Position numbers and translations under genes: made by a program
Shown here: in pieces, positions 51,398-63,164 of the stretch
How the letters are laid out: each line of letters starts with the position of its first letter
Position numbering within the stretch: the stretch's first letter is position 1
Assembly: GCF_001194135.2 (NCBI RefSeq)
Contig: NC_068989.1
Coordinates: 59,210,853-59,274,852 of the forward strand
DNA from: Octopus bimaculoides
Lineage: Eukaryota
DNA length: 64,000 bases
Direction of reading: 5' to 3'
The notes under the pieces: model-generated
Told to the model about the DNA's origin: nothing
What the model saw: the letters and a program-made list of their open reading frames with translations, nothing else
Database searches by the model: none

Positions 51398-51863
51398 AGA
51401 GTAAGCACATAAATGTGAAACAAGGTAGGAAAAATAATACTCGAATACCGGGGATAGTGTAATATGCTTTATTATTAAAGCTGCAGAAACATCAGAAAAA
51501 TATCAAAAAAAAATTGCTTCTCAGAGTTTCACGTTCCCGTTCGTCGGACAGTTGTGTTTAAGAATTCTTAATCACAACTGTCCGACGAACGGCACTGTGT
51601 TTTATAACACATGTCACTTTGCGACACTTCGAGGACAAAATATTACAGCTAGTACTGTACTCCTGTTGTATATACATTATATGTTATACATATCGGTGTT
51701 ATACAAACATATATACACTCACATACACATATAAACATACACACATACATGTATAAGCATGCATGCAAACAAGCACTCACATATGTAAGCATATATACAT
51801 GTGTGTGTGTGTGTCTATATATATGTATATATATACAGATATATACATAGATATATGTCTGTA

Positions 51864-51945
<82 letters not shown>

Positions 51946-53120
51946 GAAAAGGTAAAGAGATCTCATGAATAAATTCATATTAAAAAAAGAACATACTTTA
52001 GAAAAAGTAAGAAAGTATTTATATATTTATCACCATAATAGCTACCGGTTTCAATTCGTTTAAAAAGACAACTTAGTCTTGCTGGATTAAATGGAATTAT
52101 AATAAATTGAACTTTCATAATATAAGTTCTGAAAGTTCACATGTTTTTGTTATAACTCACAGCAACGTATCAACAAAGAAATAACTTTCATAACCAAATA
52201 CCAACCATACTTAAATTCCTGTAGCGAAGTTAAGGAGACAACTACCACCAAATCTGCTGCATTTTGGCTAAATTCACAAAAATGACCTTTACTAGTTAGG
52301 ATTATAACTACTGCCACCACCATTTACAGCGTTACCTGCTGCTGCTACGGCTAGTAACAGCCTTGCCTGCTTCTTTAATAAGCAACTAATACGGCTATTA
52401 TTGCTGCTCATATTACCGAGCAAAAATCAGGACGTTTTCATTTCTATAAGAGACTGAAACCGGTAGCCGCTTATTTAGATGAAAATATAACTTGTTGAAT
52501 TTTCCTGATAAGGTTCTCAGGAAAATTCAACAAGTTATATCTTTTATCTTTAACATATGTTCCCCTATTAACCAGAAACTGTTCTTTCACCTCTCTTTCT
52601 CCTTCTCTTCTAACAAATTCACCTTACTACCACTCCTAAATTTTCTCTTTCTCTTCTCATCCTGACAATTTTATGTCTGAAATTCTTTCCTTTTATTTTC
52701 TTTGATTCTGTTTAAATGTATATACATGGGAGCGAAAATATTTTTATTTATTTATTTACATTTGACATAGTAAATGACCCCAGGCTTGTATTAACAAAGA
52801 TCTTCCTCTAATCAGCTACAATCTAAGCAAAATTCCCGTCTCTTCCCCATTTCCTTTTCTTTATTCTTTTTCTTTTTCTTTGCCCACTCCTATGTCTTAT
52901 TTCTTCATACATATGTCTTTCTTTTTTGTTCTCTCACTCCGAGCTTTCCAGTCATTTTCGATCAAATCTCCTGCGGCAATGCAACCTTCATTTAACTATG
53001 GTATCTTCGGCCTGATGAGTAGCTAGTGGAGTACATTCGTTAAGTAATTAATACTTTCAAGCTTTTGTTTGGAAACATATGTAGCCTGGATTTTACCTGC
53101 TCCATTCCCTAAATTTGTAT

Positions 53121-53185
<65 letters not shown>

Positions 53186-53266
53186 TGGTTAAATCGAAGA
53201 GACCATTACAGAGAATGCTTCTGATTTCGAGGACTAAAGCACTACCAGTGTGTTTGTGTGTATGTA

Positions 53267-53338
<72 letters not shown>

Positions 53339-53348
53339 NNNNNNNNNN

Positions 53349-53394
<46 letters not shown>

Positions 53395-53865
53395 AAGAGA
53401 GAGAGAAAGAGATAGAGAAAGAGAGAGAGAGAGTGTGTGTAGGAAACTACAATGGACAGTAATACTATGAACACAAACACCACACCACTTCCACCCAATT
53501 GCATTCCATGACTTCAAAACACCTTTAAGTGAAACATGACATCTATAAACACAATGTCCATTACTAAAACCTTCAATTAATCCAAAACTGACGAATCAGG
53601 ATGAAATCCACCTCACGGTGATATCCTGAAAAAATTCCATGTCCAGCAACAAACCTACAACATCAGCGGTTCTCAAGCATTTTCCTTATCTATGGTTTTG
53701 ATTCTTATTTTACTCAGGCGAACCCTCCTGGCCATTCGGTATTTTAAAATAATTACTTCCTAGCTTCTGTTAGCTAGGAAACATATATAGCTTGGATTTT
53801 ACCTGCCCCATTCCCTCAATTTGGATATGTGTGTGTATGTATACGCACGTACATACATACATACA

Positions 53866-53899
<34 letters not shown>

Positions 53900-54226
53900 A
53901 CGAGAACTACGCCGAGCTACTGAGAAATTTTCAGATCCTCCACCCAGACAACAAGTTCGGATTCATACCCGTGATTGTTGGGGCATTGGGATATGTAACG
54001 AACTGCCTCAAGAAAAACCTGGAAAAATTAGGGTTCTGAAAACCTGAAAGAAAAATGCTGATTAGAAGACTACAGATTCAAGCCATCAATGGAACTGTAA
54101 AGATATGTAAAACTTTCCAAAAATTTAGCACATAAATACATATGCATGCATCTAGACATGAAAATATATACATAAAAACGCATCCATAAAACAAACATAC
54201 AAATCTGCGCATACACTAACACCAAA

Positions 54227-54304
<78 letters not shown>

Positions 54305-54969
54305 GCACAAATACCTAGATGATGTTGATAAAAGTTCCAATGAAGGAGCCTTGAATCTATGTTAGAGTCCGACTCTTTCTCTATTGTCAAGAAATACAGA
54401 AATGAAACTGATTGATAATATATATAATATGTAGATAGGGTTATAATCCAAGTTGTGTCCTTTTGAAGCACATCTGCGTATTCCAAAGCCGTATGTAGAT
54501 GTTATATATGCATGCTGATGTGAGATATGCATAAGCTGAAAGTTCTGAAAAATATGAATGTTTTTTATACAGCAATTACATATCAAAGCAGGTGATTGAA
54601 ATTTTTTGGGTATTATTTACTTAGCATTATACGTATTTCAATTGCTAAGAAGGATTACAAAATAGTACATGTAGGGGAAAAATCTCCTCTAAGAAATACT
54701 TTAGACAGGGAATCAAATGATATTATTTCATTGTTTCTCTGAAGAATGTCTAATAGAGGTCCTACGTTTCTCCTACGTGTACAGATTTGTGACTCCCATG
54801 ATTAGATAATATTATTTGATGCCGGGCAGAAGGATTTTTAATACAAGATGTCTTACGTGTTTCTTTTATATGTATCATTTTGTAATTCCTATTAGCAAAT
54901 GAAACACGTGTAATGATGAATAAATATATATATACGTACATACATACCTACATACGTATATACACACAT

Positions 54970-55025
<56 letters not shown>

Positions 55026-58000
55026 ACAGCCCACCCCATCACACACATATACATATATAAAAATATATGCACGTGGGTGTGCACATATATATCCTTATAC
55101 GTATTTATACATACATATTATACATGTGTGTGTGAAATTTGTAGGATACAGTGCATGGTTAAATATATTCTTAATTTCTGACCTCATGAAACGTTGCACG
55201 CGATATTTCAAATAAATTTCTTCAAATACCTAAATTACAATAAATTTGATATGATTTCTCGACTTACCCTGGTTCCCGAACTTCTGCAATATCTCTGTTC
55301 AGGGGAATCATATCACTTACGTATTGATTGAATTGGTTTCGTTGCCAGCCTAGATCAAATTGTTCTTTCTCAGAAGCTGTCAGTTCATTAACATCGATGA
55401 TGACTTTGGCCCCGCCTTTTCCTAAATAGAACAAATAAGTCGAATTATGCGTGTTATTAAAAAGAAGAAACATAAATTGAAACAATTGGGAATAGTAAAG
55501 ATTCTTCTGACAGTAATAGTTTATCAATGTAAATGCGGTTCAGTTATTTATAGTAATATACTGCGTTCCACATATCGAAGATATTTTGACTCCGTTATAA
55601 ATAATAATGTATATATATANNNNNNNNNNTAACACTGACATCTCATTTTAACAGATATATTTACCAAAATTATATAAAAATATCTTGAAATACTAAAGAG
55701 TAAATTTATTCAATAAAATCGCCATTTGCTTCAACCACGGCCTCCAGATGACTTCGGAATCCCCTACGACTCTTTTGAACGATGTCCTTGTTTAAGTTGG
55801 TGAATGCTGCCATAATCCTTGCCTTCAGTTCATCTTTGTTGTTCCAAGGAGTTTTGTTGATCTATCGTTCAACTGCGCCCCACACATAATAATAATCAAC
55901 GGGGTTGCAGTCTGGGGAGTTAAGTGGCTAGATGTACATTTAAACACATAAGAGAGATGTCCATAATAGGACATCTAGCCTGCTAGAAGGAGCAGTCAAA
56001 CTCCAAACCACAATTAGGGATAATTTCGAAAGGGAATGAAAAATAAAAACATTTACCATCTATTTCCTGAACCAAGGTTTCAAGCTATTTTCAGCAAAAT
56101 GAAATAATTTTCTAGGCCAGCTATCATCAGTATGGACATCTCTCTTATATGTTTAAATGTACACTGTATGTATTTATATGAATGATATATAGTCTATTGA
56201 CTAGTTTTTTTCTTCTCGCTAGACCACTGGTAGCAAAACTAATTTCTAAATTTTTTTGCCACCCTGAGATTTATTAATAATACATATATATATACAATTA
56301 AACCTTGGGAGAGGCATTATGCCGGTAATAAACACACGCACTGGTTCAGTCCTTTATTAATTTATATAGTTCTTTGTTAAATTATTTCATTGCACTCTTG
56401 CAATCTCTTCAGTAACTTGTCTCTCCACTTCCATTTATTTTGAATGTATGATCTGGCGTTGTATATATATAGCGGGATGTTTAAGCAAAGAATTATAATA
56501 ATAAACGATAATGTGTCATTTTTTAATATTTTGGATGGAAATTTTGGGATGTGTTGCTAAGCTCTAGACAAACATTCTCTTTAAATATGTTTCAATTCTC
56601 AGCTTTAACATTTACTTTCCTCGCAACTTTACAAAGACCATCTTCATGATTTTTCATTTCCTTCGATTTTCATGTTTCCTGGCAAGAATTTGTTTTTTAA
56701 ACTATTTCAATTTAATCTTTTTAAACTCCAAAATATCCATCGGTTTACTAATATTTGAAATTATTACCATTCTAATTTATTGCATTGTATAATGTAAAAT
56801 GGAGATTTTTGTTTTCAATCTGCTCATGTTTTATTTCGCTAATATTCAATGACTATAAATCATGCAGACTTTACAAGATACATGGTGGAATCTCTAACTG
56901 TTTTAGTACTTAAGTCATTGTTTTTACATTCAGTCCATTGCATTCTTTCTATTTTATTCGTATCTATCCGGCTATATACTATATATCGCTATGGAATTTT
57001 CTCTTTATTGACTGTCTAAACAGTTTTCATGCTTACTTATCATTGATAAACAAAACAAACCTTGTTGAAATCCGTATGTTATTTTGATAAATTTAAAGTT
57101 CTTTTAAAAATTCAATTCATTTTAACAACGAGGTGCATTTTTAACCTCAAAACTAATTCTCTAATATTTTTACTTGCGTTTTTCTTTTTCTCGGTCCCAC
57201 CCTCTCTCACATTTCTTGGCCTTCCTTTCATTCTCATCACTTTCCCTCTTCATTTGCCTCACTCTTCCCCTTTCCTTTTTCTCTCTCTTTCTCGTCCCTC
57301 CCTAATTCTTCAATCCCTCTACCCACTACCTCTCCCCTCTTCTTCCACGTGGTCGGTGTTCTGCCAAGCTTGACCTTTCTTTCTTGGTTCGACTACCATC
57401 CGTGTAGCATCTCTTATATTCCTTCCCATGACTTTCATCTATGTTCCTGCCGTAAGGCTTCACGTCCACACACGACAGCTTAATTTAATTCGTCCTTAGT
57501 CGGAAGACACCTGTTGTTAATGTCCTGTTGTGTGTATTTGTAATTGTGTACCATTTCTCCGTTTTTTTTTTTCGTCCTTGTTTTCGTATACATTCGCTTG
57601 CTTTCTTCCAAAGAACCTAGTGCTCTTAGCTTATATTTTTGGGGGGCCGGCCATATTAGAGCACTCTCGAGTGTAACTGGTCGAAACTGCAATGACGATC
57701 TGGAACTCGACTGAAGATTGAAAGGTCCGAATGACCCGTTCTTGTTTTTTTCCTGTCCTTTTTTGTATCATCTGACTGTCCGNNNNNNNNNNNNNNNNNN
57801 NNNNNNNNNNNNNNNNNNNNNNNNNNNNNNNNNNNNNNNNNNNNNNNNNNNNNNNNNNNNNNNNNNNNNNNNNNNNNNNNNNNNNNNNNNNNNNNNNNNN
57901 NNNNNNNNNNNNNNNNNNNNNNNNNNNNNNNNNNNNNNNNNNNNNNNNNNNNNNNNNNNNNNNNNNNNNNNNNNNNNNNNNNNNNNNNNNNNNNNNNNNN

Positions 58001-59204
58001 NNNNNNNNNNNNNNNNNNNNNNNNNNNNNNNNNTATATATATATATATATATATATATGCTATGTAGGTGGCTAACTTCAGCTAGAAAGAGAACTGCGCA
58101 AAATTTACATCATGCTTTTTTTGCATACAGTCCAAAAGAAAACACAGTTTGCACACACCCAAACGCCAGATCGCATACACGGCTTAACTAAAATACACAA
58201 AATGAGAGACTTTCGAATGAAGTTTCGAATGGAATATGGCATCATTTCAATTGCCTTATTGTACTAATAATCGGTAATATTTCTATTATTAATAAGGCAG
58301 CGTTAGCACGCTGGGTAAAATGTTTAGTGGCATTTCGTCCTTCTCTACGTTCGAAAAACTCTGCTGAGCTCAATTTTACCTTTTATCCTTTCGGTGTCGA
58401 TATAATAAGTACCAGTACTATAACATAAATTAAATTTGTGTTATAGTTTGTCACTAAAAATTAAATTGTTACTGAGTGGAAAATGTATTAGTGTAATTAC
58501 ATTTTGACATCCACGCCTTTCACATAATCACTTCTGAAATAAGAATATTTGAATAACGTCAATAACTGGGATGCGAACTCGACTCATTTTACAAGCAGTG
58601 ATAGCTTCTATAAGTTTTCTGATAGGCACAGTATTAATGAACATTTCGAAAAAGTATAAATATTGATTTAATTATATGAAAACTATTTATCTAAAAACAT
58701 CAGCTGAATGAATTAAAATTTACTACCTGGGTAATTTTCTTCCGCAACATCTTGTAATAAATCCATATCATACTTCTGTATTTCACCTTTGTGGATCAAA
58801 ATGTTTTCCTTTGCCTTATTGTAATTATTATTGATTTGCAGAGGGTTTGGAGCAGTAATACGTCCTTTATTATCAGGGAGTATTTTGTTTTCGTTTTTCT
58901 CGTCTTTAATTATGAGAAAATTATTTTCCCCATTTCTGTGACCTTGCGAATAGTTTTTGTATTCGTCATAATGCTTTCCGTTAAAGTTTATTTTCTCCAA
59001 TCTTCTCAACTTTTCACTTAGTTTTTCTAAACGTTCACTTTCATTTCTGGTCAAACCCATGGGAATTTCCTTGTGTTGGTAATTAGCCATTGGTAATAAT
59101 TTATGAAAGAAAATTATGTTTGAAATTAACCATAACACGAAGACAATGAGAACTACACGGTATGTAAAGATCATTCGAAATACTGCTCTGTATTTCAAAG
59201 TCAT
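30695..59204 (-). CDS. GALNT: Polypeptide N-acetylgalactosaminyltransferase (GT27), complete, 11 coding exons, 653 aa
   Basis: Exons 59204-58727, 55421-55268, 50819-50653, 48163-47999, 46609-46396, 44187-44070, 40928-40743, 40233-40105, 35809-35720, 33795-33673 and 30832-30695 sum to 1962 nt, all GT-AG and phase-compatible. Features: type II TM anchor, [25 protein letters not shown] (DxH), [19 protein letters not shown], and a three-repeat ricin-type lectin. Symbol is family-level only. Confidence 0.96.
31950..32700 (-). mobile_element. RTE-type LINE APE endonuclease fragment
   Basis: ISVYAPT...FYQQL...IGDFN motif order, disrupted. Confidence 0.75.
32703..33100 (-). mobile_element. tRNA-derived SINE (family B) interrupted by (TA)n
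   Basis: Shares aaggctttggtc..aagacac..ggactgaac..cttaccacacag with 4255-4500. Confidence 0.7.
33673..33795 (-). CDS. GALNT: GALNT exon 10, lectin beta repeat ([11 protein letters not shown]...[10 protein letters not shown])
   Basis: Acceptor ttctattctcag, donor TCG|gtgagt; CLD and QxW motifs. Confidence 0.92.
35720..35809 (-). CDS. GALNT: GALNT exon 9, lectin alpha repeat ([15 protein letters not shown]...CDKASAIQ)
   Basis: Acceptor ttttattgttaag, donor CAG|gtagaa; 30 codons with the two ricin-repeat cysteines. Confidence 0.85.
36412..36687 (+). mobile_element. Non-autonomous Helitron
   Basis: A|TC 5' end (TCTACTATAATAA), GCCGT/ACGGC hairpin 10 nt before CTAG|T, no TSD. Confidence 0.65.
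36688..37736 (+). mobile_element. Second Helitron-like element directly abutting the first (spans a gap)
   Basis: Starts TCTTATAATAA; has an internal duplicated ACGCTTTCACGTGATTAG..TGACGTGAG module; ends with a CCGTGA/TCACGG hairpin then CAAG|T. Confidence 0.45.
37854..38175 (+). mobile_element. tRNA-derived SINE with a CORE-like central segment
   Basis: Head TGGCTCAGTGGTT..GTTCGAATCCC followed by GTGTTCTTGAACAAGACA..CAGCTGTAGAAATGAG. Confidence 0.7.
38446..38803 (+). mobile_element. tRNA-derived SINE (family C) with a 10-bp TSD
   Basis: TAAACACGTC at 38436-38445 and 38804-38813; ends in a (CAA) tail. Confidence 0.85.
39512..39900 (+). mobile_element. Tandem SINE family A copies
   Basis: The consensus core occurs twice (about 39512-39720 and 39730-39900). 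Confidence 0.8.
40105..40233 (-). CDS. GALNT: GALNT exon 8 ([31 protein letters not shown]...); missed by the ORF track
   Basis: Acceptor atcttttctag, donor TTG|gtaagg; 43 codons. Confidence 0.92.
40743..40928 (-). CDS. GALNT: GALNT exon 7 (TWMCGG...CSHVGHIFR...AEVWMD)
   Basis: Acceptor ttttttgcag, donor TTG|gtgagt. Confidence 0.95.
41281..41620. repeat. Compound (CAT/CGT)n microsatellite
   Basis: Trinucleotide tract producing spurious poly-His and poly-Met ORFs. Confidence 0.97.
41621..41830 (-). mobile_element. Probable retroposon 3' end abutting the (CAT)n tract
   Basis: Non-repetitive tccatgctggcatgggttgga..cccttcctaacgccaacc segment directly next to a (GAT)n-type tail on -; RTE association is inferred. 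Confidence 0.45.
42455..42870 (-). mobile_element. RTE-type LINE C-terminal fragment
   Basis: Translates to [11 protein letters not shown]...[12 protein letters not shown]...[13 protein letters not shown] with stops. Confidence 0.8.
43748..43972 (+). mobile_element. SINE family A copy
   Basis: Same consensus. Confidence 0.8.
44070..44187 (-). CDS. GALNT: GALNT exon 6 (TPTIAGGL...[11 protein letters not shown])
   Basis: Acceptor tatatttgcag, donor AAG|gtaaga. Confidence 0.95.
44450..45100 (-). mobile_element. Possible decayed Penelope-like RT remnant
   Basis: Weak translated resemblance only ([11 protein letters not shown]...FWDIL vs RPIIAG..SPT..LS..LD.LL). Confidence 0.25.
46396..46609 (-). 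CDS. GALNT: GALNT exon 5 (WLRPML...VSPVIDTI...[11 protein letters not shown])
   Basis: Acceptor ctttgtttaaag, donor AT|gtgagt. Confidence 0.95.
47999..48163 (-). CDS. GALNT: GALNT exon 4 (GLIRAR...FLDSHCEC)
   Basis: Acceptor tttatccttcag, donor G|gtatca; DxH metal-binding motif. Confidence 0.95.
49330..49974 (-). mobile_element. Truncated mariner transposon, same family as 1568-2320
   Basis: TIR TACGAGGGGGTACCCAAAAGAAAC ending at 49974; transposase fragments including [22 protein letters not shown]. Confidence 0.88.
50653..50819 (-). CDS. GALNT: GALNT exon 3 ([11 protein letters not shown]...[16 protein letters not shown]...DDASTF)
   Basis: Acceptor gatttcttcag, donor C|gtaagt. Confidence 0.95.
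51865..51944. repeat. (GT)n microsatellite, representative of many (GT)n, (TA)n, (GA)n and (TACA)n tracts
   Basis: Pure dinucleotide run; similar tracts near 2372, 3985, 24905, 42327, 53129, 53278, 54232 and 61420-63175. Confidence 0.97.
53899..54231 (+). mobile_element. 3' fragment of an RLE-type (R4/R2-like) LINE between microsatellites
   Basis: [30 protein letters not shown]...[14 protein letters not shown] resembles RLE C-termini; flanked by (ACAT)n and (CA)n. Confidence 0.6.
55268..55421 (-). CDS. GALNT: GALNT exon 2 (GKGGAKV...[22 protein letters not shown])
   Basis: Acceptor ttctatttag, donor GG|gtaagt; typical FN..SD.I...R motif. Confidence 0.93.
55706..55932 (-). mobile_element. 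Tc1/mariner transposase C-terminal relic
   Basis: Translates to [17 protein letters not shown]...[16 protein letters not shown], the SPDLNP.D motif, with stops. Confidence 0.75.
55933..56163 (-). mobile_element. 231-bp element with 33-bp terminal inverted repeats and a degenerate hammerhead core
   Basis: Arms 55933-55965 and 56131-56163 differ at 1 of 33 positions. The - strand has CUGAUGA (56130-56124) and GAAAC-CUUG-GUU. Resembles 26824-27020. Confidence 0.65.
58275..58420 (+). mobile_element. Partial SINE family A copy
   Basis: Degenerate head and core. Confidence 0.6.
58727..59204 (-). CDS. GALNT: GALNT coding exon 1 (cytoplasmic tail, TM anchor, long stem)
   Basis: ATG at 59204; hydrophobic [17 protein letters not shown]; donor CCAG|gtagta (phase 1). 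An acceptor ttctttcag at 59344 implies a 5'UTR from 59343. Confidence 0.85.
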
Positions 59205-59650
59205 ATTGAGTTATTAAACGTTATTTAGAAACAGGGCAGGACGTGATGGTATTTCAAGAGAGCATCTTTTTAAAAAAAATTTTGTTGGGTAAAACGAAGT
59301 GAAAACTTCTGGAGTAGTTTTTAGTTTATAGAAATTGTATGATCTGAAAGAAGAAAGAAAACGAAATAATTGAATATTAAATAAAATTCATATTCCGATT
59401 TGTACGTTTAGTGTCTGTGATCAGCTTTATACATTAACTTTTAGTCGGATTTTACTCGGAGTAAGTAATAAATATCACTATTATACAAAGGACACAAAGA
59501 TATTATTAGTACCATAAAACATAATTTGCTGGGATTAAAATAAAATGAATTTTATTGGGCATATAAAGCAAGATATACTGATTCACAGCTTTTAAAAATC
59601 AAAAGAAAGAAAATGTTCTTGGAAATGTAAGTTTCAGTTATTTTACTCAC

Positions 59651-59799
59651 TTGTTTATGAATAAAAGAAGGAAGCCAAATATGTCAGCAAATAGGATGCT
59701 AGGATGCTACACATGATTTTCTCATACAAGCCTGGTTGATCATTTCAACAGGAAAATTGATAGATTGGAGAACTGTTTTCCAGCAACATACTAAAATAT
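59651..59799 (-). other. Candidate non-coding 5'UTR exon of GALNT
   Basis: Acceptor ctgttgcag at 59800 and donor CAA|gtgagt at 59650, upstream of the 59343 acceptor. Splice signals only. Confidence 0.3.
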
Positions 59800-61607
59800 C
59801 TGCAACAGACACTGTTTCAATTCCAGAGCTTAAATCCTTATCTTTGTATGGTCATAGTATGTACAAGATATCCACACTATATGACGCACAGAAGGACATT
59901 CTAATTATAAAGAAGAAACTGCATTTCTTTTCAAATCATGACTAGTAAAACAGAGACTAAGTATGGTATTTAGATATTAGCGTTATGTGATTCTAAATGC
60001 TACACGCTCTCACTTGCTAATTAACTATATGTGCACACAAACAGACACACACACGTGCGCACACACATAGTGTAGGTATTTATGCTTATATAGATTCAAA
60101 TATAAACGAGAGGAATAACAATATGAGCAACAAAGCAAAAACAAAGAGTAATTTACTCTTTGCTGCCCAACGAGAGATAAAAACAAAATTAGAAATGCTT
60201 TGATGTTTCAAGTTGAAGCTCCTTTCAGAAAGTTAGATAGAACCAAGACAGGAACATGTAGAAAAACGAAAGAATACGCATAATGTGATTTTAAATAATG
60301 TAACTATGAAGAGTACAGATTATGTATATACATTAAGCGTGTAGAATATATTTGTGTTTGCTTTGAATGAGTTTATATATATGTAGCTGTATGTTTGATT
60401 TGGAGAATGATTTTGTGGACGCCCTGTAGTGCGAAAAACAAGATGTCATATTGCGTATCAACTCAACAGTGCCGATGGCTATCCAAATATGTGTATATGT
60501 GCATTTGTGTGCGTGTGTGTGTGTGTTTGCATTTACATGTGTTTGTATATGCATATGAGAGGAATATACTCCTAATCGAAACCTGCGGTGTTCGTTATAT
60601 CTGGCCATTTGCTTTTTATTTTGCTTATTGCGAACTTAAGTCGGTCCAGTCAGTCAACTGCGAAGTATTTTAGCATGATTCGATGTACGTAATGTGTATT
60701 TAGGCCCTTTTATTTCAGGGTGATATAAAGGGGCGTGCTGCAGGTCATGGAAACACGTCATGTATACTACCGGTCCCAAATGGAACTAAGCAACTATGCA
60801 TCATGGCGCTAAAACAGTTTGGTACCGACTCCTGAGAAATATGTGCGCACGTACATACATAGATGTGTGTATATGAATGTATATGTGTGTTTGTGAGAGT
60901 ATGCGTGTGTTTGTGAGAGTATGAGTGTGTGTGCGTGCGTGCGTGCGTGCGTGTGTGTGTATGTATGTGTGTGTATGTGTGTGTGTGTGTGTGTGTGCGT
61001 ACTTCTACATGTCCACAAAGTAAGAATCTTGTAAGCATACGCAGAGATGCGCGCGCCTGCATTTATTTACTTACATAATTGCACGTATACCCATTGGGTA
61101 AGTGTTTGTGCGTACGTTCATCTATTTATATGCATACATGTGTGTGTATTTGTATATGTGTGAATGTGGGCGTGTAAGGGTAACTATATTTATATGTATG
61201 GATGGATTAATGTACGAGAAATCCTGGAGCTAGAGGGGTGGTGCCACTAAAAAGGGAAAGAATAACGTACAGAAAGCTGCTGTGTCTGGGGAGAGTCATT
61301 CTCTTTTAGTGCCTTATAATTTAACACACTCACCGGTAAAATTTCCACATATTTCCTTCTTTATTTATCTAAAATTTTCGTTGCGTCTTGCAACCTTTTC
61401 AATAGTTTTGACTCTGTTCGTTATTCACACTGCGTTCCTTTTTGTTTGTTTGTGTGCGTGTGTGTGCATATACATGCATGTATGTATGTATGTATGTATG
61501 CATGTGTGTGTATGCATGTATTTATGTATGTATGTGTGTACATTTGTGTGTATGTATTCTGCATATTCATGTGTTTGCGTGTCTGTATTTGTGTTTTTAT
61601 GTATGTG

Positions 61608-61652
<45 letters not shown>

Positions 61653-61867
61653 CAGAAAGCTAATATACAAGAATATATAACATGCAAGCACGCACAGACT
61701 AACACACAAACACGCACACACTGACATGCATACACATGCTGTACTGGTTTGGGAATTGAACCCACGTTCATTATGACATTATAATCATTATAAACACTCT
61801 AAACACTAGGTCACTCGCCTTCACAATTCTACTCCACCAAATTTAAAATTTCCGCACACTCACACTG

Positions 61868-61904
<37 letters not shown>

Positions 61905-63132
61905 GAGGCATACACAAACACACACAAATACACACACGCAAACACGCACTATCACACATGTACACCCATGTACATAGCGAACTCTCCCTCCCTTACTTCA
62001 CATGTATCTTCACAAATGTCTGCTCGATGAAACAAGTTTCATTCTTATCATCCAATCAACACAGTCTCTTCCCTCTCTAAGCACGCTTACAGTTCCATTA
62101 ATAAACTTGGGTAAGTTCTAGCCATACTGCTATAGTATCCCTGTTAGGCACAAAAAACATACTTTGTTCTCATAGAATGAATGATCCATTTGGCGCAATT
62201 TGCACGATTATACACCCATTATGTTTTATAAGATTTTAGGAGTACTCTTTGCCCATGAGCATGTTGGCTAAACACTCCTTATATCTATTTGATAGAAACG
62301 GATCTTACATGTAAGTTTTCAGCAGTATCTGAGATATTCACTAAAATTTATTTTTAGTCTTCCACAAAAACATGAAGATGTTGGAATCGCTAAAACTGAC
62401 CGAAAATCTTGAAGGATCTATATCTGTACTTATGAAATGAAGCGAGAGAAACTGGTAAAAGATTAAAGTATATGGACATACCTATGTATGTATGTATGTA
62501 TGTATGTATGTATGTATTTATATATGTACATGTATGTATGTATATGTATGTATGTATGTGTGTGTATGTATGTACGTATGTGTGTATGTATATATATGCA
62601 TGTATGTAGGTATATATATCTATGTATACGTATATATATATATATATATATATATATNNNNNNNNNNNNNNNNNNNNNNNNNNNNNNNNNNNNNNNNNNN
62701 NNNNNNNNNNNNNNNNNNNNNNNNNNNNNNNNNNNNNNNNNNNNNNNNNNNNNNNNNNNNNNNNNNNNNNNNNNNNNNNNNNATATATATACATACATAT
62801 ACATATATTTACATATACCTATTTATATATACATACACAAACAGACACTCGCGCACACGTATACATATGGTGAAAAGTAAAAAAAAAGAAGCAAAAAATA
62901 AAACAAACAGGAACAAGAGATTGAAAGATTATTATGGTAGAGTGTCCATTTAAAAAGATCAATCTTAAATGTAAATATTAAGATACCAGCTGTTTAAATA
63001 TGAACACTAACATTACTTGAAATATGAAATATCAAACAAGACAACGCGCGTACATACATACATACGTACATACATGCTTAAATACATACATACATACATA
63101 CATACATACATACATACATACATACATACATT

Positions 63133-63164
<32 letters not shown>

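Noticed and set aside
50877-51462. Long ORFs spanning N runs (also 26579-26840, 37423-37771, 57718-58191, 62390-62953)
   Set aside because: Artefacts of assembly gaps and (TA)n flanks.
53582-53625. CUGACGA..GAAA motif on +
   Set aside because: Stem II has only a 2-nt loop and no stem I can form.
62174-62310. AG...GTAAGT-bounded segment upstream of GALNT on +
   Set aside because: Stops in all frames; no evidence of a third gene.
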